Shown here one piece after another: positions 49,497 through 63,400 of a DNA stretch of 64,000 bases. The DNA comes from Podarcis gaigeae. Taxonomy: Eukaryota. The DNA is taken from NCBI GenBank assembly GCA_964106915.2, contig OZ066915.1; one strand, given 5' to 3'. The notes beneath the pieces are model-generated. The model saw only the letters and a list, made by a program, of their open reading frames with translations. It was not told the origin of the DNA and made no database searches. Position numbers and translations under genes: made by a program. Positions within the stretch are counted from its first letter, which is position 1. Every line of letters starts with the position of its first letter.

Positions 49497-50251
49497 AAAA
49501 GTGCCTTTTCTCTAGGCTCTAACCAAAGGATGAATTCCTTGGCAACTGAAGGATGTATGGTTTTAAGAACAAAAGATAGTGGCTGAAAACACAAGAACCA
49601 GCAGATGGCTCCAGCCAACGATATTTGATTGTTCATCGCTCCCTTCTCCACCAGAAGCCATTGCACTATTCAAGACTCTGCAAGGCAAAGCTCACAGTAT
49701 ACTGAGCATGCAGTAGTGCTACATGCAGAGAACAGCACTGGAAGGTGTCTTCGTTTCATTTTGCACATTTTTAAAGTGGCTTCAGTTATTGGTTTGTTTT
49801 CATTGTTGTGCATTTTGTGTTCTCGTTTTGTATTTTTATGCTGTGAACTGCCCTGTGATCTTCGGAGGAAGGGCATTACTGTATACAAATTTGATAAGGA
49901 AATAAATGAATTCAAATAAAACTCCGTTGAAGAGATTAGCTGACCAAGCAATTATTGTACTGGGAATCTGGACTCACCAGTGTATTACAGGGGCCTGGGA
50001 AATGGGGTTCTATAGCCTAAAGGAAGAAGAGAAGGATTACTACATCAGAAAATGAGACTGGCTGGTTGATTGTGTCAAGGACTTTGGACTTTGAGTAGGA
50101 AACCTCTGGAATCTGTTACAAGGGTAAACCATGATCTCTCTGTGCTCAAGTCACAAAGCCCCCTTCAGGAGCAGTAGAGTTTAGTCCCTTCACTGCCAGC
50201 AAATATGAATCGTATAAAGTCTGTCTGTCTGTCTGTCTGTCCCTCCCCCCC

Positions 50252-50287
<36 letters not shown>

Positions 50288-51152
50288 ACATAATGTACGT
50301 ACTACAGATTCTAACTTCCATCCTTCAGTGTAGAGATGGGAAATCTGTGGTCCCTGATCAGGGCTTTTCCCCCCAGCCAGAACTCACCGGAACTGAGTTC
50401 CGATACCTCTCAGGTGGCCATTCTAAAAGAACAAGGGAAGTGTTCATGGTAAGTTCTGGCACCTCTTTTTCTAGAAAAATAGCACTGCTCTAGATGATGT
50501 TGCGTTTCAGTTCCCATCAACCCCAGGCAACATGGCTAATGGCCGGAGATGATGGGAGCTGGAGTCCAGGAACATGTGGAGAGCCACAGGTTCCCCATCT
50601 CTGATCTTGGGCACCCAGAGTGGGCCGTACACTCTCCAGATCTAGATTTGAGTCCAACAACTCATGGTTCCAACTGGCTTTGATGGGTTGTGAATAAAGT
50701 TCATGGTGGGTTTAGGAATCTTAAGTCTTATGCTTAGTTTTTCTGTCCAAAGAATCACATTATTCTGTCCATAAAACTTATTTGTACTGCATTGTATCTT
50801 CATTGCTTATGCTTCAATCTGTGCATACTTAATGTGAGAATAGGCCCAACTGAACTCATTGGGAGTTTTTTCTGAGTAAACATGCATTTGATTGCACTCT
50901 TAATCACACAAGTTTAGACCTAAAAATAAATTCTTGTATCTCACAATATTCCCCCTACTCACTGCCAAAACAACAGTATCCAGTCAATAGGTTTGCCAAT
51001 TTGTTTGTTTGATTTGCTTTCCTAGAGTGAGCAGATTATTTTCTTCATAGGACCCACTTCTGTTATCATGCCTGCAATAAAACAATCAACTTACGATGGT
51101 AGAAATAGAAACAATAATGATGTATAGCAGATACTTTCTGTATGTACTGTAT

Positions 51153-51158
51153 AATAAA
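51153..51158 (+). terminator. Candidate GALR2 polyadenylation signal
   Basis: AATAAA with upstream TGTA motifs and downstream GTGTGTGTTATTT. Confidence 0.45.
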
Positions 51159-52134
51159 AGATTGCCAGTGTGTGTTATTTCTTTGCTGAAATTGTGTGTA
51201 CAATCAATTTCATTCATCCAAAATAGTTCAGAAAATATGTAAGGCTTTTTAATAATCTGAAGACCATAAAATGAGGACCCTACCTAATATTTAATGTATA
51301 TGATGCAAAACAAGGGTGTTTTTCTATGGCATATACAGTACCACAGTGCAATCCCACAGTGTTTAGGAATGAGCGTTTACTGGGGGCAAAGTCCATGTTT
51401 TTACATCTTGGTTATAGCAAAATAGGACAGTACGTCAAGTTGGACTTGAGATGCTAAGAGAGAGGAAACGCTTTAAAGTCAACTTTATTATTCTGATTAC
51501 TTGTGCAATGTAGTTAGTGCACAGATAAGTTTTTTATCTCTAGGGAACATTGCACACACAAAACTATGGCCATGGGTTACAGGAAATTTGCATGTATTAT
51601 ATGTACAAATAATACAAATTGCAGATCTTACAAGGAGGCCATTGGGCCATGGCTGGTGGATATATTTTGCTTTCACCCTGATGCTATTTGTGCAATTTTC
51701 AGCACAAAGTAATTTTCTGTATAGCTTGGACCTGATGTGAACGGAAATCTCAGCAGCAAGAGCTGTTTGTTGAATTTTGTCAAGAAAAGCTAGGTCAGTG
51801 GTTGAGGTCCTCTTTTGTGTTCCATCTCTTCCAGATAGATAGGTACTGATTATTCTGAATGAATCCTTTCTAACCCCTTACTTGAATAGGTCATGCACTG
51901 TTGGTATCTGATTGATGGCAGTTGATATGGATAATGCACACAGCTCTGAGTATGATATTCTATAAGGAAACTTAATCAAACGACTATTGTGGATTCCAGC
52001 AAAAAGTCCTCAAAAAGTATTTGTACAACATTATTTTTCAGTTCAACCTCCATGGAGCCCCCATCATCATCATCATCATCATCTCCTTCTCCATCTCCTC
52101 CTCCTCTTCCTCTTCTTTTTGTAACTGGAGACAC

Positions 52135-52470
52135 AGGTAAAGGTAAAGGGACCCCTGACCATTAGGTCCAGTCATGCATTAGGTCCAGTCATGGCTGACT
52201 CTGGGGGTGTGGTACTCATCTTTCTTTATTGGCATAGGGAGCCAGCTTACAGCTTCCGGGTCATGTAGCCAGCATGACTAAGCCGCTTCTGGCGAACCGG
52301 ACCTTCCCCTATTTATCTACTTGCACTTTGACATGCTTTCAAACTGCTAGGTGGGCGGGAGCAGGGACCGAGCAACAGGAGCTCACCCTGTCTTGGGGAT
52401 TCGAACCGCCGACCTTCTGATCGGCAAGTCCTAGGCTCTGTGGTTTAACCCACAGCGCCACCCGTGTCCC
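52135..52470 (-). mobile_element. Sauria SINE (internal deletion)
   Basis: Family match; TSD AACTGGAGACA. Confidence 0.88.
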
Positions 52471-52950
52471 AAACTGGAGACATACCAAATTTAAAACAAG
52501 CGAACAATCCCAGAATGCAGAATATATATGGACTAGTAGATTAGCAAAGTCTCTCATCTACACTCCACAAACCCCCTTGGTCCTCACCTTTTGGATCCTA
52601 CCTTCTTTTCTGAGGTTCTTGGAAACTTTTGTCTGACCATGTCAGCAAATCTCCATTAAATCTTATTGTATCCAGAACTGGTTGTTCCTACGTCAAGGTC
52701 TGCAATGCTCCCTATCAATAATCTCTATATTTAGTCTAACAATTCTTCTGGCATGAATCATGCACGGTAACTGTATAAACACATCCTTTATATATATATA
52801 TCTTTATTTACCTCCCTGGTCCAAATGTTCTACAGTAGAGGGATATATTTAATACGCATCTCATCCTTCTTCAGTTCCTTCTCATGCTGTCTCTTCATCT
52901 TTTTTCAAGTCCTCTGGCTGATTGACAGGTTTCTCTCTAATGTTTCTAGC

Positions 52951-54269
52951 TAAGGATCCCTTCCAGTCGGGATTCAGGCCTCATCATGGGACTGAAACTG
53001 CCTTGGTCGCACTGGTTGATGATCTCCGGCGGGCTAGGGACAAAGGTGAGAGCTGTTTCCTAGTTCTGCTGGATCTCTCAGCGGCGTTTGATACCATCGA
53101 CCATAACATCCTTCTGGACCGTCTTGAGGGGCTGGGAGCTGGGGGCACTGTCCTACAGTGGTTCCGCTCCTTCCTCCTGGGCCGTGTTCAGAAAGTGGTG
53201 GTGGGGGATGAGTGTTCAGACCCCTGGGCTCTCACTTGTGGGGTGCCTCAGGGTTCTGTCCTCTCCCCCATGCTTTTCAACATCTACATGCAGCCGCTGG
53301 GAGAGATCATCAGGAGGTTTGGGCTGGGTGTTCATCAGTATGCAGATGATACCCAGCTCTACCTCTCTTTTAAATCAGAACCAGTGAGGGCAGTGAAGGT
53401 CCTGTGTGAGTGTCTGGAGGCGGTTGGAGGATGGATGGCGGCTAACAGATTGAGGTTGAATCCTGACAAGACAGAAGTACTGTTTCTGTGGGTCAGGAGG
53501 CGGGCAGGTGTGGAGGATTCCCTGGTCCTGAATGGGGTAACTGTGCCCCTGAAGGACCAGGTGCGCAGCCTGGGAGTCATTTTGGACTCACAGCTGTCCA
53601 TGGAGGCACAGGTCAAATCTGTGTCCAGGGCAGCTGTTTACCAGCTCCATCTGGTACGTAGGCTGAGACCCTATCTGCCTGAGGACTGTCTCGCCAGAGT
53701 GGTGCATGCTCTGGTTATCTCCCGCTTGGACTACTGCAATGCACTCTACGTGGGGCTACCTTTGAAGGTGACTCGGAAACTACAACTAATCCAGAATGCG
53801 GCAGCTAGACTGGTGACTGGGAGCGGCTGCCGAGACCATATAACACCGGTCTTGAAAGACCTACATTGGCTCCCAGTATGTTTCCGAGCACAATTCAAAG
53901 TGTTGGTGCTGACCTTTAAAGCCCTAAACGGCCTCGGTCCAGTATACCTGAAGGAGCGTCTCCACCCCCATCATTCTGCCCGGACGCTGAGGTCCAGCGC
54001 CGAGGGCCTTCTGGCGGTTCCCTCATTGCGAGAAGCAAAGCTACAGGGAACCAGGCAGAGGGCCTTCTAGGTAGTGGCGCCCACCCTGTGGAACGCCCTT
54101 CCAGCAGATGTCAAAGCAATAAACAACTACCTGACATTCAGAAGACATCTTAAGGCAGCCCTGTTCAGGGAAGTTTTTAACATGTGATTTTACTGTATTT
54201 TTGGTTTTTATGGAAGCCGCCCAGAGTCGCTGGGGAGGCCCAGCCAGATGGGCGGGGTATAAATAAATA

Positions 54270-54346
<77 letters not shown>
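52951..54346 (+). mobile_element. 5'-truncated L2-clade LINE (RT ORF2 C-terminal part, TAA-repeat tail)
   Basis: FQSGFRPHHGTETAL, LLDLSAAFDTIDH, GVPQGSVLSP, YADDTQLY, LHWLPV motifs; one nonsense codon (TAG 54068, expected Ser in RAFSVVAP); candidate TSD TAATGTTTCT at 52938-52947 and 54354-54363. Confidence 0.93.
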
Positions 54347-54348
<2 letters not shown>

Positions 54349-54885
54349 AGGGTTAATGTTTCTGAAAGAGGAGACATTGTGGCATTTGGTTAGCTGCTTA
54401 TCTTAGCTTGGTTCCACTACTGGAGGAGGAATGAAAGGAGGAGCAAGATTTCCATTGCTAAATTGTGCACATGAGCAGAAGGTGGGAGGAGCTGAAGAAA
54501 AACCAACCTTGACGACCACAGTAATTTACAGCCTGTGATATATGCTACTGAATACTGATTTCATAACATAGCAACAAATTCACAGACAGAGCTGCCCCAA
54601 TACATTTTGGTTTCTAAGACAAAGACAAAAATGGCACCTCCCCTCTTCCTATGTATAAAAGCTCACCAAACTGACAGCTGAGGCTTACTTCAACATGGAA
54701 CAACATCTCCACTACAAATGAGGGCAGCAGACTACCTTCAGGGTGGTCCAGTGAGGTAGCATGAATCAGTCCACTTCCCACCCCTCAGCATTTGTTGCCT
54801 AAGGTGGCTGCCTCACTCTGCCTCATGATAGAGCTGGCCCTCTTGAGAGAAGCACATATCCTCACCCAACTCATTTGGGAGTGAG

Positions 54886-55159
54886 TGTGGTGTGGTGTAG
54901 TGGTTAAGAGTGATAGACTTGTAATCTGGTGAACCGGGTTCGCGTCTCCGCTCCTCCACATGCTGCTGCTGGGTGACTTTGGGCCAGTCACACTTCTCTG
55001 AAGTCTCTCAGCCCCACTCACCTCACAGAGTGTTTGTTGTGGGTGAGGAAGGGAAAGGAGAATGTTAGCCGCTTTGAGACTCCTTAGGGTAGTAATAAAG
55101 CGGATATCAAATCCAGACTACTCCTCCTCCTCCCCTTCTTCCTCGTCTTCTTCTTCTTC
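54886..55159 (+). mobile_element. Squam3-like tRNA-derived SINE
   Basis: A/B box head, (CTC/CTT)n tail. Confidence 0.78.
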
Positions 55160-55460
55160 CTACAATGGAGGCAGGTTCAAGGAGAACTAAAGGAAGGAAG
55201 CTATTGAAATTCACAAGAAAACTAACAAATGACTATTCATACACTGGGAACTAAAGCATGTGCATAAGGAGTTGTCCAGTGAAAGTCACTTAACTCAGAG
55301 TTCAGGAGACTGATTCTAGAAACAGAGGTGAATGGAAAAACCAAGAATAAAATATAAAATACTGATAGACACGAAAGATAGAGGAGGTTTCTCCCTGCTG
55401 GATATGAGATTATATTATGAAGCATTTTCTCCATTGCCTTCTTTTTGCTATTTAAAAAGA

Positions 55461-55807
55461 TAAAGGTAAAGGTACCCCTGCCCGTACGGGCCAGTCTTGA
55501 GGTTGTGCGCTCATCTCATTCTGTAGGCCAGGAGCCAGCGCTGTCTGCAGACACTTCCGAGTCATGTGGCCAGCGTGACAAGCTGCAGCTGGTGCGCCAG
55601 AGCAGCACACGGAACGCCGTTTACCTTCCCGCTGGTAAGCGGTCACTATTTATCTACTTGCACCCGGAGGTGCTTTCGAACTGCGAGGTTGGCAGGCGCT
55701 GGGACCGAACGACAGGAGCGCACCCTGCCGCGGGGATTCGAACCGCCGACCATGCAATCGGCAAGTCCTAGGCGCTGAGGTTTTACCCACAGTGCCACCC
55801 GCGTCCC
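55461..55807 (-). mobile_element. Sauria SINE
   Basis: Family match, CpG-rich young-looking copy. Confidence 0.88.
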
Positions 55808-56223
55808 TATTTGGCAGATTATAAAAGCAGGCATTATGTAAGGCCCATTATTCAATTCCCTTGAGGACGCATCTGAGGAACTTACACACATAAAAATGGA
55901 TAGTGTTACATGTCAGGCTGCCCCTGCAATTCTGATGAGCACCTGCAGCTAAAATGGTCATCTTAACTCCATCTAGCAATTAGGCCACCCGGGGCCACTT
56001 CAAAAGAAACTAACACCCCCCAATTTCGTCAAGTACTGTACCATGAAGCAAAAATCTCAAGTCTCTCAGAAATGTTCTCTACAAGTAATTTTTCATTAGA
56101 TTCCCTTGCTGCTGATTTTTTAAAAAAACAAGACAGAAACTTATCAGCTCTCCAGAGAGGTGGGACAACCAGCCACTGCTCAGTTTCACCAGTTGTACAA
56201 TTTTACTTCACTATAGCTGCATA

Positions 56224-56484
56224 CAGTGGATGCTCGGGTTGCGAACGTGATTCGTGCAGGAAGCACGTCCGCAACCTGCAGCGCCCGCAATCCGCAGCAC
56301 CGCGTCTGCGCATGCGCGGCTCGCGATTCAGCACTTCTGCACATGCGTAAAGTGCGATTTAGTGCTTCTGCAGATGCGCAAGCGCCGAAACCCGGAAGTA
56401 ATCCGTTCCGGTATTTCCAGGTTCGACACGGTGCATAAACCGAAAGTGCGCAACCCAAAACGTCTGTAACCCGAGATATGACTG
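56224..56484. mobile_element. Tigger-like MITE
   Basis: CAGT..CTCGGGTT / AACCCGAG..ACTG ends, TA TSD; related element at 61644-61871. Confidence 0.65.
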
Positions 56485-57397
56485 TATTTTTCAAATTATT
56501 CATTGGCTAGCATTAGCTGTGGGGTTGGGGAGGAAATTAGGAAGCAGGGGGAAAAAGAAAACTCCAGACACCAAACCATTTGGCCTGGTCCGAAAGGGAC
56601 AAAGCTGCTTTAAAACTGAATAGGCAATAAATCGTGTATTCAGATACACACCCATATTTGGTTGGCCGATCTGGATTCTGAAGAAAAGAACATATTATAA
56701 GTTGCAGGCTTTGTTTTGCACTCATCGCTGCCACCAGGGAATGAAAGTTAGAAAGGTACCTTGAAAAACAGGGTAAGTGTGACAAAGGAAAACTCCGAGT
56801 CAACTTTGCTCTTCAAATAATGCAGGATTTTGACTATCAAATGCATTTGTGGCCATTCTGGGCCACAGAATAGGACTGAATGGCTCGGAAGGAGTGATGA
56901 AGTGTGGTGCAAATTATATGTCAGTCACACATTAGTCCCTAGACACTGCTAAATCAACTCATTGGGGGGGGGGGCAATGTGAGGAAGACACAGCCTTTCA
57001 GTTTGTTTGACTTGCTGCCTTCTTGTACATTGATTTTGATTTTCTGTAACCTGTGTCATCTACACAATTAGCAGTGCAGAATAAGTTTAGTCCATTATCA
57101 TGCATAACATTATTCCAATAAGTCCCTTTTTCATAAAAAGGCTATAGTTCAGATTTCGTTTCTTCTTCTACAGTCTAGCATACCAGTTTAGGAACTCACA
57201 AAAGGAAAGTAATTATGACTGCATGAAATGAATTCATGATTCTGTTAGCATGTTATTGTTATTTGTCTGATGATGTATATAATCCCCCTATCCCCCCAAA
57301 ACACCCCAAACTTCTGTCTATTTGTGTCAGAACATTATTGAATTCAGCTTTGGCGATTCAGATGTTTTGGCTTAAGTGCTCATAAATCAGCACATTT

Positions 57398-57728
57398 ACA
57401 GAGCCTAGGGCTTGCTGATCGGAAGGTTGACAGTTCGAATCCCCGCAACGAGGTGACCTCCCATTGCTCGGTCCCAGCGCCTGCCCACCTAGCAGTTCGA
57501 AAGCACGTCAAGTGCAAGTAGATAAACAGGTACCACTCTGGCGGGAAGGTAAACGGCGTTTCCATGTGCTGCTCTGGTTCGCCAGAAGCGGCTTAGTCAT
57601 GCTGGCCACATGACCTGGAAGCTGTCTGCGGACAAACTCCGGCTCCTCAGCCTATAGAGCGAGATGAGCACCGCAACCCCAGAGTCGTCCATGACTGGAC
57701 CTAACGGTCAGGGGTCCCTTTACCTTTA
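57398..57728 (+). mobile_element. Sauria SINE, 5'-truncated
   Basis: Family match lacking the first ~30 nt. Confidence 0.85.
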
Positions 57729-58319
57729 AACCATCAACACACCAGTCTTAATTTAAACATACTAACTGATATATACACTATCCAAATATGCAGACAGGTA
57801 TCCACACAAAATTGACATTTGTAACAAAAAAATGTTCAATTGTAGCAAAAGTGGGGAGGTCCTCAAATCATTGTGTAATAGATGGTGGATGCTTATCCTC
57901 TGGACGTCAAGTACAAGTCTCTTGGCAACCATAAAGGCTTGTGAGAAAGGTCATAATGACCCACACTTTGAACTGGACCTGGAAAGCAACAACTCAGAAG
58001 CCAGTGAAGCTTTTTCAAAAAAAGGAGTCAATATGCTTCCAACACCTAGATCCCAGTAAACAATTTGACTGCCACATACAAGAAGTTCTTACACGCTTCA
58101 GAAAGTTCAGAAGCAGCCTCAGAAAACCGCTAGAGTTCAGGTAGCAACACGAAAGCTAGTCATTTTCTCCTTCTGCACTTGTACATGAAAAATTCACGCC
58201 AGAGACAAAATTTGAGAAACTTAATTAGTTTGATCCCTGAAGCCTGGCAGAGGCAAGGGAGTCGTGGGTGGGTTGTGACTTCATGGGAGACACAGCGATT
58301 TGGAGGCTAGTTTGGGATT

Positions 58320-60470
58320 TCAAAAGATCATGCCTGGCAGGTCCAAGAGCCCAGTGGCTGCAACCTGGAAGGCAAAAGTGTTGATTAGCGTTTCCCGAGC
58401 TCCAAATGAAAAGGAATCAAAGGAAGCCAATAGAAAAGGATGTGGCAAATTGCTGATGAGCTGTTCTGCACTGATTCTTAGTATCCAAGGAAACAGCTTG
58501 AGGCTGCTAGCTCCAAGGCAGAATCTATAAGGATATTCTGAGTTAATTTGTCCTTTCATTGCTTTGTTGCCATCTCCTGTCCTCTCTCCACCACCCATTA
58601 ACAGAGACACCCTCTTGTTCCTAACTGCACAGACACACCACTTTTGCATTGCCATTCTCTCTCTCACTTCCAGTCTTGCCTCCATTTAAGCCCATCTATA
58701 ACCCGACATTTTGTAGTTAGGGGGACTTACGGAAATCATTGCAGAACAGCCAGGACATGAAAACAGGTTGCCAGGTAGACTTAAAGTTATTTATCTGCCT
58801 TAAATACAAATCTTGTAACATTTAAAGCAAGAGTCTAGTGCTGGTGTCAGTCATCCCAGAGCCTTTGCACTCATTTGTCAGAGCAAATTTACACCTTAAT
58901 GAGCAATTGGGTAGAGTCTTGCCTGCTTGCTTTCTCTTATATATCTCCATGAAAAAGAGACTAGAGAGGCTTGCTTTCTTCCACCCCTCCCAATGAATCA
59001 TGAAAATTCAGAGAGGGAGCCTAGAACAGCCCTGTGGGGACTCTCCCACAATAGGTCTCCCAGGCCTATGCTCCTGGCCTGCTTGCAATGCCTTAAATAA
59101 AGGGCAATGTTTTCTTAAAGAAAGAAAAAGAATAATCAGTGACTGCTCAGTCAGGGAAACAACATGCTGTTGCCAAAAATCAGGACATTTTCAGTTCTGT
59201 TCTTTTATGGAGTTTTGGACCTATTTAGATTATAGTTTCCAGGATCCAAAGCTACATAATCAACCATTAGCATTGGTTGGCAGGCATAAAGTATTCCGAA
59301 TATCTTGCCAGAACAGTCTGGACATCATTAGCATCATTTATATAAAAATGAAACATTTGCCGAACCTTAAGAAACTTGTCTTTCTTAGTTTGTTCCCAGC
59401 TCAACTGTATTTTATACGCTGGTTTCTCCATAAATATTTAAAAAACGCACCTGGTTGTACCAAGCCTCTTTGTTGATTCCCTCTAGATGTTTCCAGTTTT
59501 TAAGAACCAGCGATTCGTGCTGCAGCTAGGAGATGCAGAATCAGTTCTTTTATAATGGTGACACTCTTCATTCAGCCCTTCCTGTGCCCCTGGAAAAGGA
59601 ACAGATGGGGTCTGTATAATGGCCTGCTTAGTAATTAGCTGAATTTTGACACAGATCATATCCCAGAACTCTGATACTGATGGGCAGGTCCCACCATGTA
59701 GAAGTATGTGTCCTTACTAGGTTTCCTGCACCAATATTGCGGGGAAAGATTTGACTTTATATATGGAAGTTTAATTGGAGTGAAATGCCATCTAAATGCC
59801 ATTTAAGTGTAGTTTCTTTTATTAGGGCAGAGGTTGAGCATAATGAGGCTCTTCACTGAATTTTACTCCAGCTTGCTGAGTTATTAAGCTTATACTGTAA
59901 ATCATCCTCCAAAGACAGCTGAAAAGCAGTCAAATTGCCAATGTCTAGTGCTTATTATTTTATAGGTGACACTTGACCTCTGGCATTGGGGCCAAAAGAA
60001 ATAATGATATGTTCAAAACTCTTAGTTGCCTGCTTATCAATAACTAATTTGGCTGGAAAAGATCCCGTTGCCCAAAGCTGTCATTACCTGATGAGGCCAC
60101 TACTACACTCTGAAGATGGAGGACTGAGTTTGATTATGATTGATGAATCTGGTTGGCTCTGTGACATCCCTGGGGGATTTTCTTGAAGATTTAGCTGGTG
60201 GCCCTTGTCTCCACATGGGATGAGGGGATGAGACAGCACAACCTCTCCCCTTGCAGCTGTATAACTTTGGCAGATGTCTCTTGGGTATTCATAGATGATG
60301 AAGGGAATGAAGTGATGAAGTTGACCATTAGAGCAGAAAACTCTCAATGAATACAGCGGGAAAGCAATTGACATTAACTTCAGTGCCCACAGTATCTATG
60401 ATCATCCTTTACTTGTTGCAGCCTGCTGCAAATACAGTAGCACAGAATATTCCACTGTTAAAAACCTTTG
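58320..60470 (+). pseudogene. ZACN: Probable decayed ZACN (zinc-activated Cys-loop ion channel) relic
   Basis: Colinear plus-strand remnants: AG|DILS*FVLSLLCCHL (58532)~DILRYTMSSMLLLRL; S*KFREGA*NS..TLP..APGL (58998)~SWLDTRLAWNT..TLP..TPRL; AG|VTLDL (59965)~VTLRL; same position and strand as human ZACN relative to GALR2. Confidence 0.5.
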
Positions 60471-63400
60471 GATGACACCACCCAAACACTTTAGAAACTT
60501 TGCTGTCTCTCTCCCTTGGGTATTACTAAAAAGCATTATTATGGTAAGAACTCTATTTATTAGCAGCAAAAAAGAGGAGGGCTGCTTGCCGCTGCACTCA
60601 GAAACCACCTACATCTGAGATGCTTTTAACAACAAATATACCTACATTAATCTCACTATTCCAGCAGCAAAACTGACACATCACACATTACCATGGTTGT
60701 TCAGGTGGAGGTTAATGCTTTTGCTTTCTGTTTTCTGTGTTTATTCCATAGCTGCACAAAATATTTGTGAAATTATTTAGGCACTGCTCCTCTGAAGCGG
60801 CGGAATGTGGTGGCCACCTGGACTTATAGAATCTACATTTCTTTCCCTGTCCCCACAAAAAATCAACGTTAGAGTTCCATGTTGGAATCTGTATGCCAAA
60901 TATTCTGTGGATGCATGCAAATCAGGGCCATTCATTACCTTTCCAGAACTGAGGTGTCCAATGTTGAAAAGATAGACTGGTGGATTCTAAAGCTTTGCCC
61001 AGTCTTTGGCCCCAACCAGGGCTGGGAAACCTTTTGTGACGGAAAAGTTAGTTCCACAAGTATTTCATTTTACTTTTATCTCCTGCCAGCAAATGGTTAA
61101 AGAACGGCAGCCTCTGATTAGCTGAGGTTCCAGGAGGGAGAGTTTAAAAGGAGAGGTTTTGGAAGGAGAGAGTTAGGTTGGTTTTGAGTTGTGGTTGTGG
61201 AGGGTGTTGGAATAGAGGTTGGGAGTTAGGTTAGGAGATAGATTGAAATATACAGAGTGCTGAGGAGGAAGAGTTGGTTCAGGAGAAAACATTCACGCCG
61301 AGTGTACAGAGAAGGACTGAGTGTAGTGTCCTGCAGGAATAATAGGACCAGATCTTGCTGGGAGACTGAGGGAGAGACAGGAGAAGTAGCTGGAAAGGGA
61401 TGTCTACTGCGGTAGAGTCTGGAGGGGAGAGACTCTTCTGAGGAAGGAAGAGACTCCCAAAACCCAGTTAAGGAAGGTGGGTTGTGAGTCCTTAAGACTA
61501 TTACTGAAAGTTACCTCAGGAGTTGGAAAGTGCTGCCTCAGAAAGGGGCCAAACTAAAAAAGCTGAAACTTCTGTGAAACGAATTCAGCAAACTAGCATA
61601 TTGATTCTGAAGTAACCTAAGTTTCTCCACTTGTATTACAATACAGTAATACCTCGACAAACATCTGCTTCATCTAGCGTCCATTCTGGCGAATGTCCTC
61701 GGCAAACCCAGAAGTACCAGAATGTGTTACTTCTGGGTTTGCTGCTTGCGCATGCGCAGAAGCACAAACCACTCCATGTGCGTGCGCAGACACTGTGCTT
61801 TGCCCTGCATCCTTTTCAGCTAGTGGCTGGGGCTCCAGAACGGATCCCGGCCACAAAACAAGGGACGACTGTACCTTGTTTTAAAATAAACCTTTATTGT
61901 TATTTTAAAAACACCCACTTGAGACTCCAGCTTATTGGTTATTTCCCTCCCAAAATCTCCCACTAGATTCTCTGAGATAGTTAGCATTTGTTTTAAGGGT
62001 TGTTCAGTGAGGTGGGGGCAACATATGTAAGAGAGAGTGGGCAAGTTGGCGCGAGCGGTAACTGAGGCGTCGGGCCCATCGCACCTTTGGCCCTCCAGGT
62101 GCAGCTGAACTACTGCTCCCATCATCCCTGATCATTGGCCATACAGGTTAGGACTAATGGGAGTTGGAGTCCAACATCATCTGGAGGGCACCAGGTTCTC
62201 CAGCCCTGCCATTGGGCAAGGTGGCAAGCAAATTGGTTGTCACAGCACCTCACGAATCCCATATGACAAGTTCACTGATTGGGGGAAGGAAGCAATGCCT
62301 CTCTCTACAGAGGACTCGGAGCTTGTTAATCAGGAACAAATAACATTGCCTTCCGTTGAGTGGGTATTGCTGTTTCAAAAGGGCCTGAAGACATAGCTGC
62401 AAAGCCCTTTTTCAAATGCATTTTGTGCTAATTAAATGTGAAATCATTCCCTTCTCTTCTTTTATATCCCAGCACACCGAAGAGTGGGCTGGAGGGAAGG
62501 GGCAGCGGAAAAGCCAAGCAAATTCAGCAAGCAACATGTAAGGAAAGGAGGTGTTCATGTGCAGAAAAGAGAAATAAATGAAATGCATAAGTAAATCTAT
62601 AAGCTAGGGCATAGTTTATCACACTGTTTTATTGTGAAATAAAGAATTTTACAATAAAGCAGTCTAATTGTGCTTACAAAAAAGCAATGTTCCGCTGTCT
62701 CTAATTACTATCTATTGCTTAGCATACTTTCTCACCTGCCATTCATTGTTACCAAGCCCAACATGAGTTACAACATAAAAGACGCAACATGAAAATACAA
62801 CACAGCAAGAGCAGATAAAACCCCCTTACTTAATACAAGCATGAATATACTCAAAAAACAATATTTTTAAATAAAGTTTTATTAATTATTTTCACAATAC
62901 AATAAAAGTCACACCAACCCACACGAAGAATAACAAAAAAGAAAAGAAAAGAAGAAATATTTTTTAAAATACAAGATTCTCTCTTACAAGTGTAACCCAA
63001 CTTTTGTCCCATACAGAAAAAGATGTCGTCCCCCCCCCCCCCAGCTCTCACCTGGAAGCATCCCTTTCTTCTTTCAGCCTCTCACCCTGGGAGATCTCCC
63101 CTCCCTTGTCTCTCACACAAGGTCCTTCAAACGGCCCACCACCTTCATATGTATGCAATTCTTACCCAAATACAACAATAAATAATATTAAGGGAAATAA
63201 TAATAGAATAGAGAGAGAGAGATAAGAATAATAACAAAGATGAAGAAAGAGATAAAAATGACTTCCGACTATCCATCCATCAGTTGTGCCAGGAAACATT
63301 CCTCATAATAGTTCCATGTCCAATCCCGAATAATATCCATTTATTCCTCCCTCTGCTGATGTTTTCCCAATGTTCAACCCAGGAAGCACAGAGTCATTCC

